Positions 1 to 11,241 are shown, counted from the first letter of the stretch. The stretch is DNA of 64,000 bases from Methylotenera sp. (GCA_046594885.1 JBKJRD010000014.1:9901-73900); one strand, 5' to 3'. Notes: a model not told the origin generated them from the letters alone. Numbers and translations are program-made.

Positions 1-1
1 G

Positions 2-2194
2 CGCATTAATATTGAGCTTTCTATTGATAATAAGCTTAAGTTGGTGGATGCTCTAGAAGCTTTTATGCAGACAGAATTGCCGCTGCAAGCCGATGAAGAT
101 GGCAATGCGGATGCAGAAATGGTGCATTCTAAGCAGTTAATGGCGTTGCAATTGCTGCGCGACTTGCGTGCAAAATGGCGTTTAATTTTAAATACGTTAG
201 ATAAGCCAGTAAGCGTATTAGGTGAGCTTGGCAAGCCGTATAGTCAATACGAAAATGTATTCCGCGCAGTGCAATCTTACGATTTACGCATCTCTTGGAA
301 GCGTGAACTGAAACGCCCGATGGCGGAAATTTTTGCAGGTCGTGAGTATCAAAAAATCTTGGCGCGTTTAGATGAAATTCATAAATCCGTATTGAAAAGC
401 CGCGTCTTTATTGCCTTGCATATGCATGCGGGCGATGGCAATGTACACACCAATATCCCTGTTAACTCTGACGATTACGGCATGATGAAGCAAGCACATG
501 ATGCGGTAGACCGCGTGATGGCGCTGGCTAAAGGCTTAAATGGCGTGATTTCTGGTGAGCATGGTATTGGTATTACCAAAATGGAATATTTAGACCAAGC
601 TACGATTGATAACTTTACCGCTTACAAAAATAAAGTTGACCCAAATGGTCACTTTAATAAAGGTAAATTATTGGCAGGTTCTGGACTTGATAACGCCTAC
701 ACGCCAAGCTTTGGCTTGTTAGAGCAAGAATCTATCATTATGGAGCAATCTGCCATTGGTGAGATTGCGGATGACATCAGCGATTGTTTACGTTGCGGAA
801 AATGTAAGCCTGTGTGTACAACGCATGTGCCGCGTGCGAATCTTTTGTACAGCCCGCGTAATAAGATTTTAGCGACATCCCTATTAATTGAAGCTTTTTT
901 GTACGAAGAACAAACACGTCGCGGTATCTCACTCAAACATTTTGATGAATTCAATGACGTAGCCGACCATTGTACGGTCTGCCATAAATGTTTAAATCCT
1001 TGCCCTGTAGATATTGATTTTGGAGACGTATCTATCAAAATGCGCAATTTCTTGCGTGTGCAAGGTAAAAAACAGTTTAACCCTGGCACTGCTGCGGGCA
1101 TGTGGTTTTTAAATGCCAAAGACCCTGCCACGATAAAGTTTATCCGTACAACCATGATTGGTTGGGGATTTAAAGCGCAAAATATCGCACACTTTATTGC
1201 AAAAAAATTCGGTTTGCTAAAAGATAAAATTCGTCCACCCGCAACTGTTGGTAAGCCAGAAATCAAAGCGCAGGTCATTCACTTTATCAATAGGCCGATG
1301 CCAAGAAAAATGCAATCTAAAACCTCACGCGCTATGCTAGGTGTAGAAGATAACAGCATGATTCCTGTCATTCGCAATCCGCAAAAAGTAACAGAAGATT
1401 CTGAAGCGGTATTTTACTTTCCAGGTTGTGGCTCAGAGCGCTTGTTTTCAAATGTGGGTTTAGCCACGCAAGCCATGTTGTATGAGGTAGGTGCCATCAC
1501 GGTATTGCCGCCTGGCTATTTGTGTTGCGGCTACCCACAAACATCAGCAGGCAATCACGATAAAGGCCAAGAAATCACCGCAGATAATCGTGTATTGTTC
1601 CACCGCGTGGCTAATACCTTAAATTACTTGGATATTAAAACCGTGATTGTGTCTTGCGGTACCTGTATGGACCAGCTGCAAAAATATGAATTTGAGAAAA
1701 TATTCCCCGGCTGCAGGCTGCTAGATATACACGAATATCTGATGGAAAAAGATATGCGTTTGCAAACAGTGACGGGTACGCGCTACATGTACCACGACCC
1801 ATGCCATAGCCCCATGAAAACCTATAAGCCGATGGAAGTGACTAATAAGTTAATGGGGCAAGATGTGCAATTGAATGACCGCTGTTGTGGTGAAAGCGGC
1901 ACGTTCGCCGCTGCGCGCCCCGATATTGCCACGCAAGTTAAATTCCGTAAGCAAGAAGAGCTAGAAAAAGGCATGCACAAAATGGGGTTGACGGTTGGCA
2001 AGCCTGAAGAAAATGTGAAAATTCTCACCAGTTGCCCAAGCTGCTTACAAGGATTGGCACGCTATGGCGATGATACGGGTATTGAAGCAGATTATATTGT
2101 GGTAGAAATGGCAAAGCATATTCTGGGTGAAAACTGGATGCAAGAGTATGTGGAGCGTGTCAATAATGGTGGCATTGAGAAAGTTTTATTGTAA
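2..2194 (+). CDS. FAD-linked oxidase C-terminal / 4Fe-4S (GlcF-like) oxidoreductase, 5'-truncated by the window edge
   Basis: Frame is open from base 2. Motifs HAGDGNVH and SGEHGIG (FAD-oxidase C-terminus), two CxxCxxCxxxC ferredoxin motifs, and cysteine-rich CCG domains (CCGYP, CCGES). Confidence 0.85.
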   Translation, partial: RINIELSIDNKLKLVDALEAFMQTELPLQADEDGNADAEMVHSKQLMALQLLRDLRAKWRLILNTLDKPVSVLGELGKPYSQYENVFRAVQSYDLRISWKRELKRPMAEIFAGREYQKILARLDEIHKSVLKSRVFIALHMHAGDGNVHTNIPVNSDDYGMMKQAHDAVDRVMALAKGLNGVISGEHGIGITKMEYLDQATIDNFTAYKNKVDPNGHFNKGKLLAGSGLDNAYTPSFGLLEQESIIMEQSAIGEIADDISDCLRCGKCKPVCTTHVPRANLLYSPRNKILATSLLIEAFLYEEQTRRGISLKHFDEFNDVADHCTVCHKCLNPCPVDIDFGDVSIKMRNFLRVQGKKQFNPGTAAGMWFLNAKDPATIKFIRTTMIGWGFKAQNIAHFIAKKFGLLKDKIRPPATVGKPEIKAQVIHFINRPMPRKMQSKTSRAMLGVEDNSMIPVIRNPQKVTEDSEAVFYFPGCGSERLFSNVGLATQAMLYEVGAITVLPPGYLCCGYPQTSAGNHDKGQEITADNRVLFHRVANTLNYLDIKTVIVSCGTCMDQLQKYEFEKIFPGCRLLDIHEYLMEKDMRLQTVTGTRYMYHDPCHSPMKTYKPMEVTNKLMGQDVQLNDRCCGESGTFAAARPDIATQVKFRKQEELEKGMHKMGLTVGKPEENVKILTSCPSCLQGLARYGDDTGIEADYIVVEMAKHILGENWMQEYVERVNNGGIEKVLL

Positions 2195-2414
2195 ATTTGC
2201 GCCTAAATACTGCAATAATTAATCAGTAGAACAGAGGTTTTTCAAGCAGCCTGCAAAGCTTCTGTTAGTAATGCGTTATTAACTACGCCTAAATTCTTAG
2301 ATTTATCTTGTAAGCACAGACTTGCTAAGTGGCTGTTGTGCTTAAAGCGCGCGCGGCGAAAAATGTGCATAAACTATGATGAGTTAACTCGCTTTTTTCT
2401 AGTAAAATCCCAGC

Positions 2415-4364
2415 ATGAAAAACTTTTACGCAACAATGATTCTGTTGCTATTTTTTTGCCAATCGCAGGCAATTCTTGCGGCAACGCTGGTGGGCTGGGC
2501 GGAGATGCCCATGCATACTTATGCACAGGGGCCAACTGCCGGGCAGTTTAATTATGGTGGCGATGTATCAAAAAATAAGCAGGTAGTTCAGGGTTTTTCG
2601 GCTGTATTGCAATCCGATGCAGAAAATCATTTTTATTTTTTAACCGATAATGGTTTTGGAAAGCGAAACAATTCTGCGGATGCGCTGCTTAGGTTGTACG
2701 AGGTGCACCTTGATTTTCGTACAAACCGCCAAAACAGTGATGCGGTAACACCACGGCGTTTTATAAATATTAAAGACCCCGACCGAAAGTTAACTTTCAG
2801 AGTACAGGCGGATTACAGCCATTATTATAATGACCTGCGTAACCCCGCGGTTGATAAAAATATTAGCAAAAATAAGTGGTTAACTGGCGCGGATATAGAC
2901 CCGGAGTCTGTACGTCTGGATAAAAATGGCAGTTTTTGGCTGGGAGATGAGTTTGGGCCATTTCTCATCAAGCTAGACGTAAGCGGCAAAGTGTTGCGCT
3001 CAGAAATTGCTTTACCAGATGTTATATCCGTAGATTACCCCAATGCCAGTACTGCTACTAAAGCGAATCTAGATTCCACCGCTGGCTTTGAAGGCATGGC
3101 AATTAACCCCTCTGGCGATATGCTCTACCCCATGCTGGAAGGCACTGTATTTGGCGACCCAGAAAAAACCTTAAGAATTTACCAATTTGATGTGAACACT
3201 GAGCGATATACAGATGTGCTATATCGCTATCAATTAGACGAACAAGCGACCAGTATTGGCGATTTTTTTGCGGTTAACGACCATGAGTTTTTGGTAGTAG
3301 AACGCAATGCAGCCACAAAACCGGCAGACAAGCCATGGAAGAAAGTTTATCGGATTGATATCAGGCAGATAAATAGTGAAAACTTGCTGCAAAAGCAAGA
3401 GTTGGTTGACCTGATGCAATTGCAAGACCCGTATGATTTGAACAACGATGGCCATTTGACCTACGCCTTTGCTTATTCACACATTGAAAACTTATTAATT
3501 GTGGATAAGGATACCTTGCTGCTTGCTAACGACAACAATTATGCTGGGCGCACCTACTTTATTAAAATTAAGCTAGATAGCGAATTGAATTTAGCCAGTT
3601 TTAGCCAGCCAACTATCCATAAGAATGATTGGTTAAACATTAGACCACAAGCTCTTGGATTTAATTTTGGCGACCATAGTTTGTTTGGCTGGGCGACAGT
3701 GCTGCTGTACTTTGTGTCTGCCATCAGAACCGGCTTTAAAGCCAAGCTTAACTATTACAATAAAGAGAACTGCTACTTCTGGCTAAGCTTAACCGTATTA
3801 TTAATTTTTCTTGGTTTAAATAAGCAGCTAGATTTGCAATCTAACTTAACAGATTGGTTGCGAACATCGGCAAAGCGCCATGGCTGGTACGAGCAGCGCA
3901 GAGCCTATCAATCCTTATTTTTGACCATTACCGGATTGGCTATCCCCATTTTACTGCTTTCCTTACGCGTTTTTTTATATCACTCATGGCAACGCTACAA
4001 ACTCACTTGGGTCGGTATTGTATTACTACTTATTTTTATTACGGTCAGAGCTGCTTCTTTTCATCATGTGGACATTATTTTTTACCAAACAATCGGTAGC
4101 CTTCGCTATTATCAAGCCCTAGAGCTATTGGCGATCAGCCTGATTATTGTAAGTACTTTTTTTGAAAACAAGCAAGTCAACCTTGCGAACAAGTCCTATA
4201 CTGCAACCAATACCATTGTGTATATTGATGCGGAAGGTGATGCGGTTTTTTGCCCCAATTGTGGTCAAAAACCTTTAGCGCAAGCCTTGCCTGGACGCAA
4301 ATTCAAGTGTAAGGCATGCCAGCACATATATGAAATACGTTTTTCGCAGGATTTAACTGATTAG
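2415..4364 (+). CDS. Secreted esterase-like/phytase-like beta-propeller domain fused to a multi-pass membrane domain and a C-terminal CxxC...CxxC zinc-ribbon-like tail
   Basis: Signal peptide; motifs GFSA, LTDNGFG, DPES, GDEFGP, GFEGMA and NDNNY typical of the phytase-like family; hydrophobic helices after about residue 420; CPNC...CKAC at the end. Confidence 0.7.
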   Translation: MKNFYATMILLLFFCQSQAILAATLVGWAEMPMHTYAQGPTAGQFNYGGDVSKNKQVVQGFSAVLQSDAENHFYFLTDNGFGKRNNSADALLRLYEVHLDFRTNRQNSDAVTPRRFINIKDPDRKLTFRVQADYSHYYNDLRNPAVDKNISKNKWLTGADIDPESVRLDKNGSFWLGDEFGPFLIKLDVSGKVLRSEIALPDVISVDYPNASTATKANLDSTAGFEGMAINPSGDMLYPMLEGTVFGDPEKTLRIYQFDVNTERYTDVLYRYQLDEQATSIGDFFAVNDHEFLVVERNAATKPADKPWKKVYRIDIRQINSENLLQKQELVDLMQLQDPYDLNNDGHLTYAFAYSHIENLLIVDKDTLLLANDNNYAGRTYFIKIKLDSELNLASFSQPTIHKNDWLNIRPQALGFNFGDHSLFGWATVLLYFVSAIRTGFKAKLNYYNKENCYFWLSLTVLLIFLGLNKQLDLQSNLTDWLRTSAKRHGWYEQRRAYQSLFLTITGLAIPILLLSLRVFLYHSWQRYKLTWVGIVLLLIFITVRAASFHHVDIIFYQTIGSLRYYQALELLAISLIIVSTFFENKQVNLANKSYTATNTIVYIDAEGDAVFCPNCGQKPLAQALPGRKFKCKACQHIYEIRFSQDLTD

Positions 4365-4393
4365 CTTTCTGAATTGAAAGTGATGAATATATT

Positions 4394-5410
4394 GTGAATT
4401 TATACCACCTAGCCCAATTTTTATTGTTTCAACTGGATGCCGAAAAAGCACATGATGTGACACTGGCCAGCTTGAAATGGGCTGAAAAAACAAATGCGCT
4501 TAGTTTGTATCCCAAACCACCCATATGTGCGCCTCGCCATGTGATGGGCATTCAGTTTCCTAATCCCGTTGGTTTGGCGGCGGGGTTGGACAAAAACGGC
4601 GCCGTGATTGACGGCATGGCCGCATTGGGGTTTGGTTTTATTGAGATAGGCACCGTCACGCCGCGTCCGCAATCAGGCAACCCCAAGCCTCGTTTGTTTC
4701 GCGTTACGCAAGCGCAGGGTGTGATTAACCGCTTTGGCTTTAATAATTTAGGTGTCGATAATTTAGTTAACAACGTAAAAGCAGCAAAATTTCAGGGCAT
4801 TTTGGGTATTAATATTGGCAAAAATGTGGATACACCTATTGAAAACGCCGTGGATGATTATTTAATTTGTATGCAAAAAGTGTATCAATATGCGAGTTAT
4901 ATCACGGTTAATATTTCGTCACCCAACACTAAAAATTTACGCGCGCTGCAAGAAAAACAAGCGCTATCTAGTTTGCTTGCGCGTTTGAAATTAGAACAAA
5001 GTAAACTAGCGCAACAATATGCTAAATATGTACCCATTACGCTAAAAATCGCGCCCGACTTAAGCCAAGAACAAGTGATTGAAATTGCCGATTTATTAAT
5101 GATACACAGAATAGATGGTGTAATTGCTACCAATACGACGCTGGCGCGCGACGCAATTAAAGGCATGAACAATGCCGACGAAACCGGTGGTTTATCTGGT
5201 GCGCCAGTGCGCAATCAATCTACCATTGTCATTCAACAACTTTCAAAGCAATTGCAAGGTGCGCTGCCGATTATTGGCGTGGGCGGCATTTTGAGCGGCG
5301 CAGATGCAGTTGAAAAAATAACAGCTGGGGCGAGTTTGGTGCAGGTTTACAGTGGTCTGATTTATAAAGGACCTAAGCTGATACATGAAATTTTTGAAAT
5401 ATTAGGATAA
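4394..5410 (+). CDS. pyrD: Dihydroorotate dehydrogenase (quinone), class 2
   Basis: Motifs [44 protein letters not shown] and GGLSG. Confidence 0.97.
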   Translation: MNLYHLAQFLLFQLDAEKAHDVTLASLKWAEKTNALSLYPKPPICAPRHVMGIQFPNPVGLAAGLDKNGAVIDGMAALGFGFIEIGTVTPRPQSGNPKPRLFRVTQAQGVINRFGFNNLGVDNLVNNVKAAKFQGILGINIGKNVDTPIENAVDDYLICMQKVYQYASYITVNISSPNTKNLRALQEKQALSSLLARLKLEQSKLAQQYAKYVPITLKIAPDLSQEQVIEIADLLMIHRIDGVIATNTTLARDAIKGMNNADETGGLSGAPVRNQSTIVIQQLSKQLQGALPIIGVGGILSGADAVEKITAGASLVQVYSGLIYKGPKLIHEIFEILG

Positions 5411-5421
5411 TGCAATCAAAT

Positions 5422-5459
5422 ACTTAACACTATTTTTTACCTAAAAAATAGTGTTAAGT
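5422..5459. repeat. Perfect 18-bp inverted repeat (ACTTAACACTATTTTTTA / TAAAAAATAGTGTTAAGT) after pyrD; probable terminator-like hairpin carrying two copies of the GTGTTAAGT motif
   Basis: Read directly from the sequence: arms 5422-5439 and 5442-5459. Confidence 0.9.
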
Positions 5460-5475
5460 CGTTTACGTAGGTAAA

Positions 5476-6081
5476 ATGCTGCCCATTCTATATTCATACC
5501 GTCGTTGCCCTTATGCCATGCGCGCCAGACTGGCGATTGATGCTGCTGATATTGCAGTTGAATTACGTGAAATATCGCTACGCGATAAACCAAAACACAT
5601 GTTGCAAGTGTCGCCAAAAGGCACAGTGCCAGTGCTGATACTGCCTAACGGTGCCGTTATTGAGCAAAGTTTAGAGATAATGTGTTGGGCTTTGCAACAC
5701 AATGACCCACAAAATTGGCTAGATGCAGATTTTGGCAAGATGCAGGCGTTAATCGCTAAAAACGATACGTCTTTTAAAAATGCCTTAGATGGTTATAAAT
5801 ATCCTGAGCGCAATTTACACACTCAAATGCATTATCGCCAGCAGGGTGAGATTTTTTTACAGCAACTAGACAGTTTACTCAATGTACATACCTATCTGCT
5901 TAAAGACACCGCCAGCTTGGTTGATATGGCAGTTTTTCCATTTGTGCGCCAGTTTGCGGCGGTTGATTCAGCTTGGTTTGGGGGAGCAAATTATCTCAAG
6001 TTAAAAATTTGGCTTGATGCTTTAGTTAACTCCGCATTATTTGAACGTGTGATGCAAAAACAGCCAACTTACATTGCATAA
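5476..6081 (+). CDS. Glutathione S-transferase family protein
   Basis: Motifs YSYRRCPYAMRARLA, SPKGTVPVL and EQSLEIM; C-terminal DMAVFPFVRQF. Confidence 0.9.
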   Translation: MLPILYSYRRCPYAMRARLAIDAADIAVELREISLRDKPKHMLQVSPKGTVPVLILPNGAVIEQSLEIMCWALQHNDPQNWLDADFGKMQALIAKNDTSFKNALDGYKYPERNLHTQMHYRQQGEIFLQQLDSLLNVHTYLLKDTASLVDMAVFPFVRQFAAVDSAWFGGANYLKLKIWLDALVNSALFERVMQKQPTYIA

Positions 6082-6103
6082 GTTGGCTGTTTTTGCATTA
6101 AAG

Positions 6104-8383
6104 CTACTGTGCCGTTTCTAACAAAGCGTCGCGCGAATGCTTATCTTGACTAAAAACTAGTTCCACTTGTTCGCTGTCATCAATATCGACATGCACCGCG
6201 CCACCATTACTCAAACGGCCAAATAACAATTCATCAGCCAAGGCTTTGCGAATCGTGTCTTGAATCAAGCGTGCCATTGGACGTGCGCCCATTTGCGGGT
6301 CGAAACCTTTTTTACCCAAGTAAGTTTTAAGCGCATCACTAAACGTCACATCCACTTTTTTCTCATGTAATTGGTCTTCTAATTGCATCAAGAATTTATC
6401 CACTACGCGGATAATAATGTCTTGCGATAAGCTGCCAAACGAAACGGTTGCATCTAATCGATTACGAAATTCTGGCGAAAATAAGCGTTTGATATCTGCC
6501 GCTTCATCACCTGCTTCTTTCAAATTCGTAAAGCCAATACTGGATTTAGCCAAGTTTTCAGCGCCAGCATTGGTGGTCATGATAATCGTCACATTTCTAA
6601 AGTCCGCTTTGCGGCCATTATTATCGGTGAGCGTGCCGTGATCCATGACTTGCAACAGGATATTAAAAATATCGGGATGCGCTTTTTCAATCTCATCCAA
6701 CAATAAAACGCTGTAAGGCTGTTTGGTGATTGCTTCGGTCATCAAGCCACCTTGCTCAAAACCCACGTAGCCAGGCGGCGCACCAATCAACCGACTTACC
6801 GCATGACGCTCCATATATTCACTCATATCAAAGCGAATCAATTCCACGCCCATAATGTAAGCCAATTGCTTGGCGACTTCGGTTTTACCCACACCAGTTG
6901 GCCCGCTGAATAAGAAACTACCAATAGGTTTATTGTTTTGACCCAAGCCACTGCGCGCCATTTTAACGGCAGATGTCAGCACTTCAATGGCTTTGTCTTG
7001 ACCAAAAACCACCGCTTTTAAATCACGCTCTAAAGTTTTTAGCGCACTGCGGTCATCGCTGGAAATATTTTTGGGCGGAATACGCGCAATTTTAGCGACG
7101 ATATCTTCAATCTCTTTATTGCCAATCACTTTTTTCTGCTTGTTTTTTGGCAAAATGCGCTGCGCTGCGCCTGCTTCATCAATCACATCAATTGCTTTAT
7201 CAGGCAAGTGGCGGTCATTTATATACTTAGCAGCTAGCTCTGCCGCAGTAGTCAACGCGCTAGCGCTATACTTAACACCGTGATGTTCCTCAAAACGCGA
7301 TTTTAAACCTTTTAAAATCTCAATGGTTTCAGCAATACTGGGTTCAACCACGTCTACTTTTTGAAAGCGGCGACTTAACGCGTGATCCTTCTCAAAAATA
7401 CCGCGATATTCTTGATAGGTTGTCGCGCCTATGCATTTAAGTGTGCCATTTGAAAGCGCTGGTTTTAGTAGATTGCTTGCATCCAAAGTGCCGCCACTAG
7501 CGGCGCCTGCACCAATTAAGGTATGAATTTCATCAATAAATAAAATCGCATCGGGTTTTTCGGCAAGTTGTTTCATCACCGCTTTTAAGCGTTGCTCAAA
7601 ATCACCGCGATATTTGGTGCCAGCCAATAGCGCACCCATATCCAATGAATACACGGTTGCGTTTGCCAATACTTCTGGAATTTCTTTTTCTACAATGCGA
7701 CGTGCTAAACCCTCGGCAATCGCCGTTTTACCTACACCTGCTTCACCCACTAAAAGCGGATTGTTTTTACGGCGACGGCAAAGTGTTTGAATCACGCGCT
7801 CGATTTCGGGGCCGCGACCAATTAGCGGGTCAATCTTTCCTGCTGCTACTTGCGCATTTAAATTAAGCGTAAAGTTTTCTAGCGCACCATTTGGCGCAGC
7901 TTCTGCTTCAGATTCAATTTCTGCGCCTTCAGGTTTCACGTCGCCTTCTGGTATTTTTGCAACGCCATGCGAAATGAAATTCACCACATCTAAACGTGTG
8001 ATGCCTTGTTGATGCAAGAAAAATACCGCGTGTGAGTCTTTTTCACCAAAAATGGCAACTAGCACATTGGCGCCAGTGACTTCTTTTTTGCCAGATGATT
8101 GCACATGTAACATGGCACGTTGAATCACGCGTTGAAAGCCAAGTGTTGGCTGCGTATCAACTTCATCGGTGCCGTTAACGATTGGCGTGTGTTCTTCAAT
8201 ATAATGATTTAACTCATTACGCAACACATCAAATTTTGCGCCGCATGCGCGCAAAACTTCCGCCGCAGTCGGGTTATCAATCATGGCTAATAGTAAGTGT
8301 TCAACCGTAATGAGTTCATGACGTTTTTGTCTTGCGTCCATAAATGCCATGTGCAAACTGACTTCAAGCTCTTGCGCGATCAT
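6104..8383 (-). CDS. clpA: ATP-dependent Clp protease ATP-binding subunit ClpA
   Basis: Two AAA+ modules (GEAGVGKT, GPTGVGKT). N-domain begins MIAQELEVSLH; start placed at 8383 rather than the track's 8425. Confidence 0.97.
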   Translation of the reverse strand: MIAQELEVSLHMAFMDARQKRHELITVEHLLLAMIDNPTAAEVLRACGAKFDVLRNELNHYIEEHTPIVNGTDEVDTQPTLGFQRVIQRAMLHVQSSGKKEVTGANVLVAIFGEKDSHAVFFLHQQGITRLDVVNFISHGVAKIPEGDVKPEGAEIESEAEAAPNGALENFTLNLNAQVAAGKIDPLIGRGPEIERVIQTLCRRRKNNPLLVGEAGVGKTAIAEGLARRIVEKEIPEVLANATVYSLDMGALLAGTKYRGDFEQRLKAVMKQLAEKPDAILFIDEIHTLIGAGAASGGTLDASNLLKPALSNGTLKCIGATTYQEYRGIFEKDHALSRRFQKVDVVEPSIAETIEILKGLKSRFEEHHGVKYSASALTTAAELAAKYINDRHLPDKAIDVIDEAGAAQRILPKNKQKKVIGNKEIEDIVAKIARIPPKNISSDDRSALKTLERDLKAVVFGQDKAIEVLTSAVKMARSGLGQNNKPIGSFLFSGPTGVGKTEVAKQLAYIMGVELIRFDMSEYMERHAVSRLIGAPPGYVGFEQGGLMTEAITKQPYSVLLLDEIEKAHPDIFNILLQVMDHGTLTDNNGRKADFRNVTIIMTTNAGAENLAKSSIGFTNLKEAGDEAADIKRLFSPEFRNRLDATVSFGSLSQDIIIRVVDKFLMQLEDQLHEKKVDVTFSDALKTYLGKKGFDPQMGARPMARLIQDTIRKALADELLFGRLSNGGAVHVDIDDSEQVELVFSQDKHSRDALLETAQ

Positions 8384-8479
8384 TTTGTACCAACTTTCAT
8401 TTACTTTTACATTCACTGCCAGCATTAGCTGGTACTTTTACATTTAATTAAATCTACAATTTTTTTAGTTGCCGCCAGC

Positions 8480-8791
8480 CTAGGCAGGCTCTATGACACA
8501 CTGCAACGGATGCTGCGATTCTTTGGCATACGTTAGCACCTGTTTCATTTTAGTTTCCGCGATGTCTTGCGGGTAAACACCACATACGCCAGCACCTTCT
8601 GTATGTACTTTGAGCATGATTTGCGTTGCTTGTTCACGAGTTTTATTAAAAAAACGTTCAATCGTTTCAACCACAAATTCCATCGGTGTGTAATCGTCAT
8701 TCAACAACAACACTTTATACATGGCAGGCAGTTTAGGTTTAACTGCGCTGGGCTTAATTGCAAGGTCTTGGTTAGGGTTTGTATTAGCCAT
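8480..8791 (-). CDS. clpS: ClpS adaptor
   Basis: Motifs [17 protein letters not shown] and HPLQC; immediately upstream of clpA. Confidence 0.97.
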   Translation of the reverse strand: MANTNPNQDLAIKPSAVKPKLPAMYKVLLLNDDYTPMEFVVETIERFFNKTREQATQIMLKVHTEGAGVCGVYPQDIAETKMKQVLTYAKESQHPLQCVIEPA

Positions 8792-8882
8792 TTGCTACTT
8801 TGTTAAATACTTAATTGTATTTTGAGCCGAATGCAGAAAATTTCAAGCCTAATATGCGTAGGGGATTAGAGATTAAACTGAA

Positions 8883-10166
8883 TTAAGGGAATATTTTAAC
8901 GCTTTTGACGATTCTGTCCTGCGTTTGCATGATTTCTAATCGGTGCGTATTGATTTTAAAACTGGTACCTGGTTCTGGGATATCTTCAAAATATTCGATA
9001 ATTAAGCCATTTAAGGTGCGCGGGCCATCTAAAGGTAAATTGATATTCAGCTTTTTGTTTAAATCGCGCAATGTACTACTGCCGTCTGCCAGCCAACTGC
9101 CATCTGTATTTTGACGATAATGACCAATTCGGCTTGGCGATTGCGTGGTGAAGTCGCCAATCACTTCTTCTAAAATATCTTCTAGCGTCACCAAACCTTT
9201 AAATTCGCCATATTCATCTACCACCAAAGCGATGCGTTCTTGATTTTCCTGGAATTGTTGAATCTGTGTGTAAAGCGGTGTTCCAGAAGGAATAAAATAA
9301 GGCTCACTCATCATGTCACGTAAGGTTTCTTTACTAGATTCTTGATTTATTTGCGCAGCTTGCTGATAACTGCGCAGTTGATTAATCACTTTGCGCACAT
9401 GAATAATACCAATAATTTCCTCTGCATCGCCTTCGCGCGCTGGCAAACGTGTGTGATGGCTAGTGGAAATGCGTTGCAAAATATCATCAATCGGCGCGTC
9501 AAAATCAATCACCTCAACCATTGTATGCGCTGTCATCACGTCATCTACGGTGATTTTCTCTAAATCAAACAGGTTAAGTAAAATGGTACGATGCTTTTTA
9601 GGCATAAAATGGCCAGCATCCGTCACAATACTGCGTAGTTCGTCCATCGTCAGCGATTGTGTACTTTCGCTAAAGTTGATATTCAGCCTAAATAATTTGA
9701 GCAAACCTTCTACAAATAAATTGACAAACCAAACAGCTGGGTAGAGCAATTTTAAAAGTGGATATAAAACATAGCTACATGCAATGCCTATTTTTTCTGG
9801 GTAGGCCGCCGCAATCACTTTTGGAGAAATTTCACTGAAAACCAGAATGGCGAATGTGACCGCTAAGGTACCAAACATTAACACCCATTCGCCTTCACCA
9901 AATAATTCGACGGTAATCACAGCGACAAGTGTTGCCGAAGCGGCATTTGCAAAGTTATTACACAGCAAAATAACACCAAGTAATTTATCGGTTTTTGCCA
10001 GCAAAGTATTGGCTAAACGCGCGCCACGATTGCCTTCTTTAACCAAATGCCGCAAACGATAACGGTTAAGCGACATTAAGCTGGTTTCGGCAATAGAGAA
10101 AAAACCAGAAATAAGTAGCAGCAAAGCTAGAACGCAAAGCTGTAGGGGAATGGGAATGTTATCCAA
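8883..10166 (-). CDS. HlyC/CorC (CNNM + CBS pair + CorC) family transporter, YfjD/CorB-like
   Basis: Motifs FFSIAETSL, ILVFSEISPK, HTRLP, VVDEYG and LEDILEE. Confidence 0.9.
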   Translation of the reverse strand: MDNIPIPLQLCVLALLLLISGFFSIAETSLMSLNRYRLRHLVKEGNRGARLANTLLAKTDKLLGVILLCNNFANAASATLVAVITVELFGEGEWVLMFGTLAVTFAILVFSEISPKVIAAAYPEKIGIACSYVLYPLLKLLYPAVWFVNLFVEGLLKLFRLNINFSESTQSLTMDELRSIVTDAGHFMPKKHRTILLNLFDLEKITVDDVMTAHTMVEVIDFDAPIDDILQRISTSHHTRLPAREGDAEEIIGIIHVRKVINQLRSYQQAAQINQESSKETLRDMMSEPYFIPSGTPLYTQIQQFQENQERIALVVDEYGEFKGLVTLEDILEEVIGDFTTQSPSRIGHYRQNTDGSWLADGSSTLRDLNKKLNINLPLDGPRTLNGLIIEYFEDIPEPGTSFKINTHRLEIMQTQDRIVKSVKIFP

Positions 10167-10183
10167 GTAGAGTGTAAATCAAC

Positions 10184-10214
10184 AATAAACAGGTAATCAG
10201 TTTACCTGTTTATT
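10184..10214 (-). terminator. 13-bp stem hairpin downstream of secF
   Basis: AATAAACAGGTAA-tcagt-TTACCTGTTTATT. Confidence 0.6.
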
Positions 10215-10281
10215 TATTTAAAAATCAAGCAGTTAAGTATAAGTTTCTTATTGATTAATTATTTATTAACTGGTTGTTAAC

Positions 10282-11241
10282 TTAAGAAATAGCTTCTGAG
10301 GTGTTGTCAGCCTCTTTTTTATTGCCGTCTTTCTTGTCAACATCGCCAATTAAGTTGGCACGATTAACACCTAAATACATCGCAATGGGGCAAGCGACCA
10401 GCACAGAGGAATAGATACCAAATAAAATACCAATGGTGAGTGCCAACGCAAAGTTATGCAACACTTCGCCGCCGAATAGCAACATAGAGCCGACCATGGT
10501 TTGTGTCATTAAATGCGTAATCACCGTACGTGACATGGTGCGCGTGATGGCATTATCAATGACTTGTACCACATTGGCCTTGCGCATTTTACGGAAATTT
10601 TCGCGTACACGGTCAAATACCACCACTGATTCGTTTACCGAATAACCTAAAACCGCCAGAATAGCGGCGAGTACTGTTAAGTTAAACTCCCACTGAAAGA
10701 ATGCAAAAAAACCTAAAATAATCACCACGTCATGCATATTGGCAATAATCGCCGCCACCGCAAAACGCCACTCAAAACGTATCGCCAAATAAGCCATAAT
10801 ACCTACACAAACCAATAGCAAGGCTAATCCGCCACTTGCATATAGCTCATCACCCACTTGAGAGCCGACAGATTCTACGCGGCGCACTTGGGCGCTTGGA
10901 TCTGCAACTTGTAAAGCTTTAGTCACTGTTTCAGAGAGTTGCGCAATCGACATCTCTTTTTTGAGTGGCAGACGAATCAATACATCGTGGCTGGTACCAA
11001 AATTCTGCACGGTGGCATCTTTTAAACCGATTGAATCAACCGCTTCACGAATGTTTTCAATGTTGGCGGTTTGCGGATAATTCACTTCCATTACCGTGCC
11101 GCCCGTGAAATCCACGCCGTAATTCAAGCCTTTAGTGCCAAGAAAGAATATCGCTAGCAAAAACGTGATGAGTGATATCGCCGTGGTTAAGCGACCGTAG
11201 CTCATAAACGGGATATCTTTTTTAATTCTGAATAATTCCAT
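10282..11241 (-). CDS. secF: Protein translocase subunit SecF
   Basis: Motifs GVDFTGGT, YSVNESVVVFDRVRENF and GIYSSV; follows secD. Confidence 0.97.
   Translation of the reverse strand: MELFRIKKDIPFMSYGRLTTAISLITFLLAIFFLGTKGLNYGVDFTGGTVMEVNYPQTANIENIREAVDSIGLKDATVQNFGTSHDVLIRLPLKKEMSIAQLSETVTKALQVADPSAQVRRVESVGSQVGDELYASGGLALLLVCVGIMAYLAIRFEWRFAVAAIIANMHDVVIILGFFAFFQWEFNLTVLAAILAVLGYSVNESVVVFDRVRENFRKMRKANVVQVIDNAITRTMSRTVITHLMTQTMVGSMLLFGGEVLHNFALALTIGILFGIYSSVLVACPIAMYLGVNRANLIGDVDKKDGNKKEADNTSEAIS

Noticed and set aside
697-1278. 193-aa antisense ORF, and similar shadow ORFs such as 32173-32748, 40808-41155 and 41173-41748
   Set aside because: They lie wholly opposite well-supported genes and have no motifs or ribosome-binding sites.
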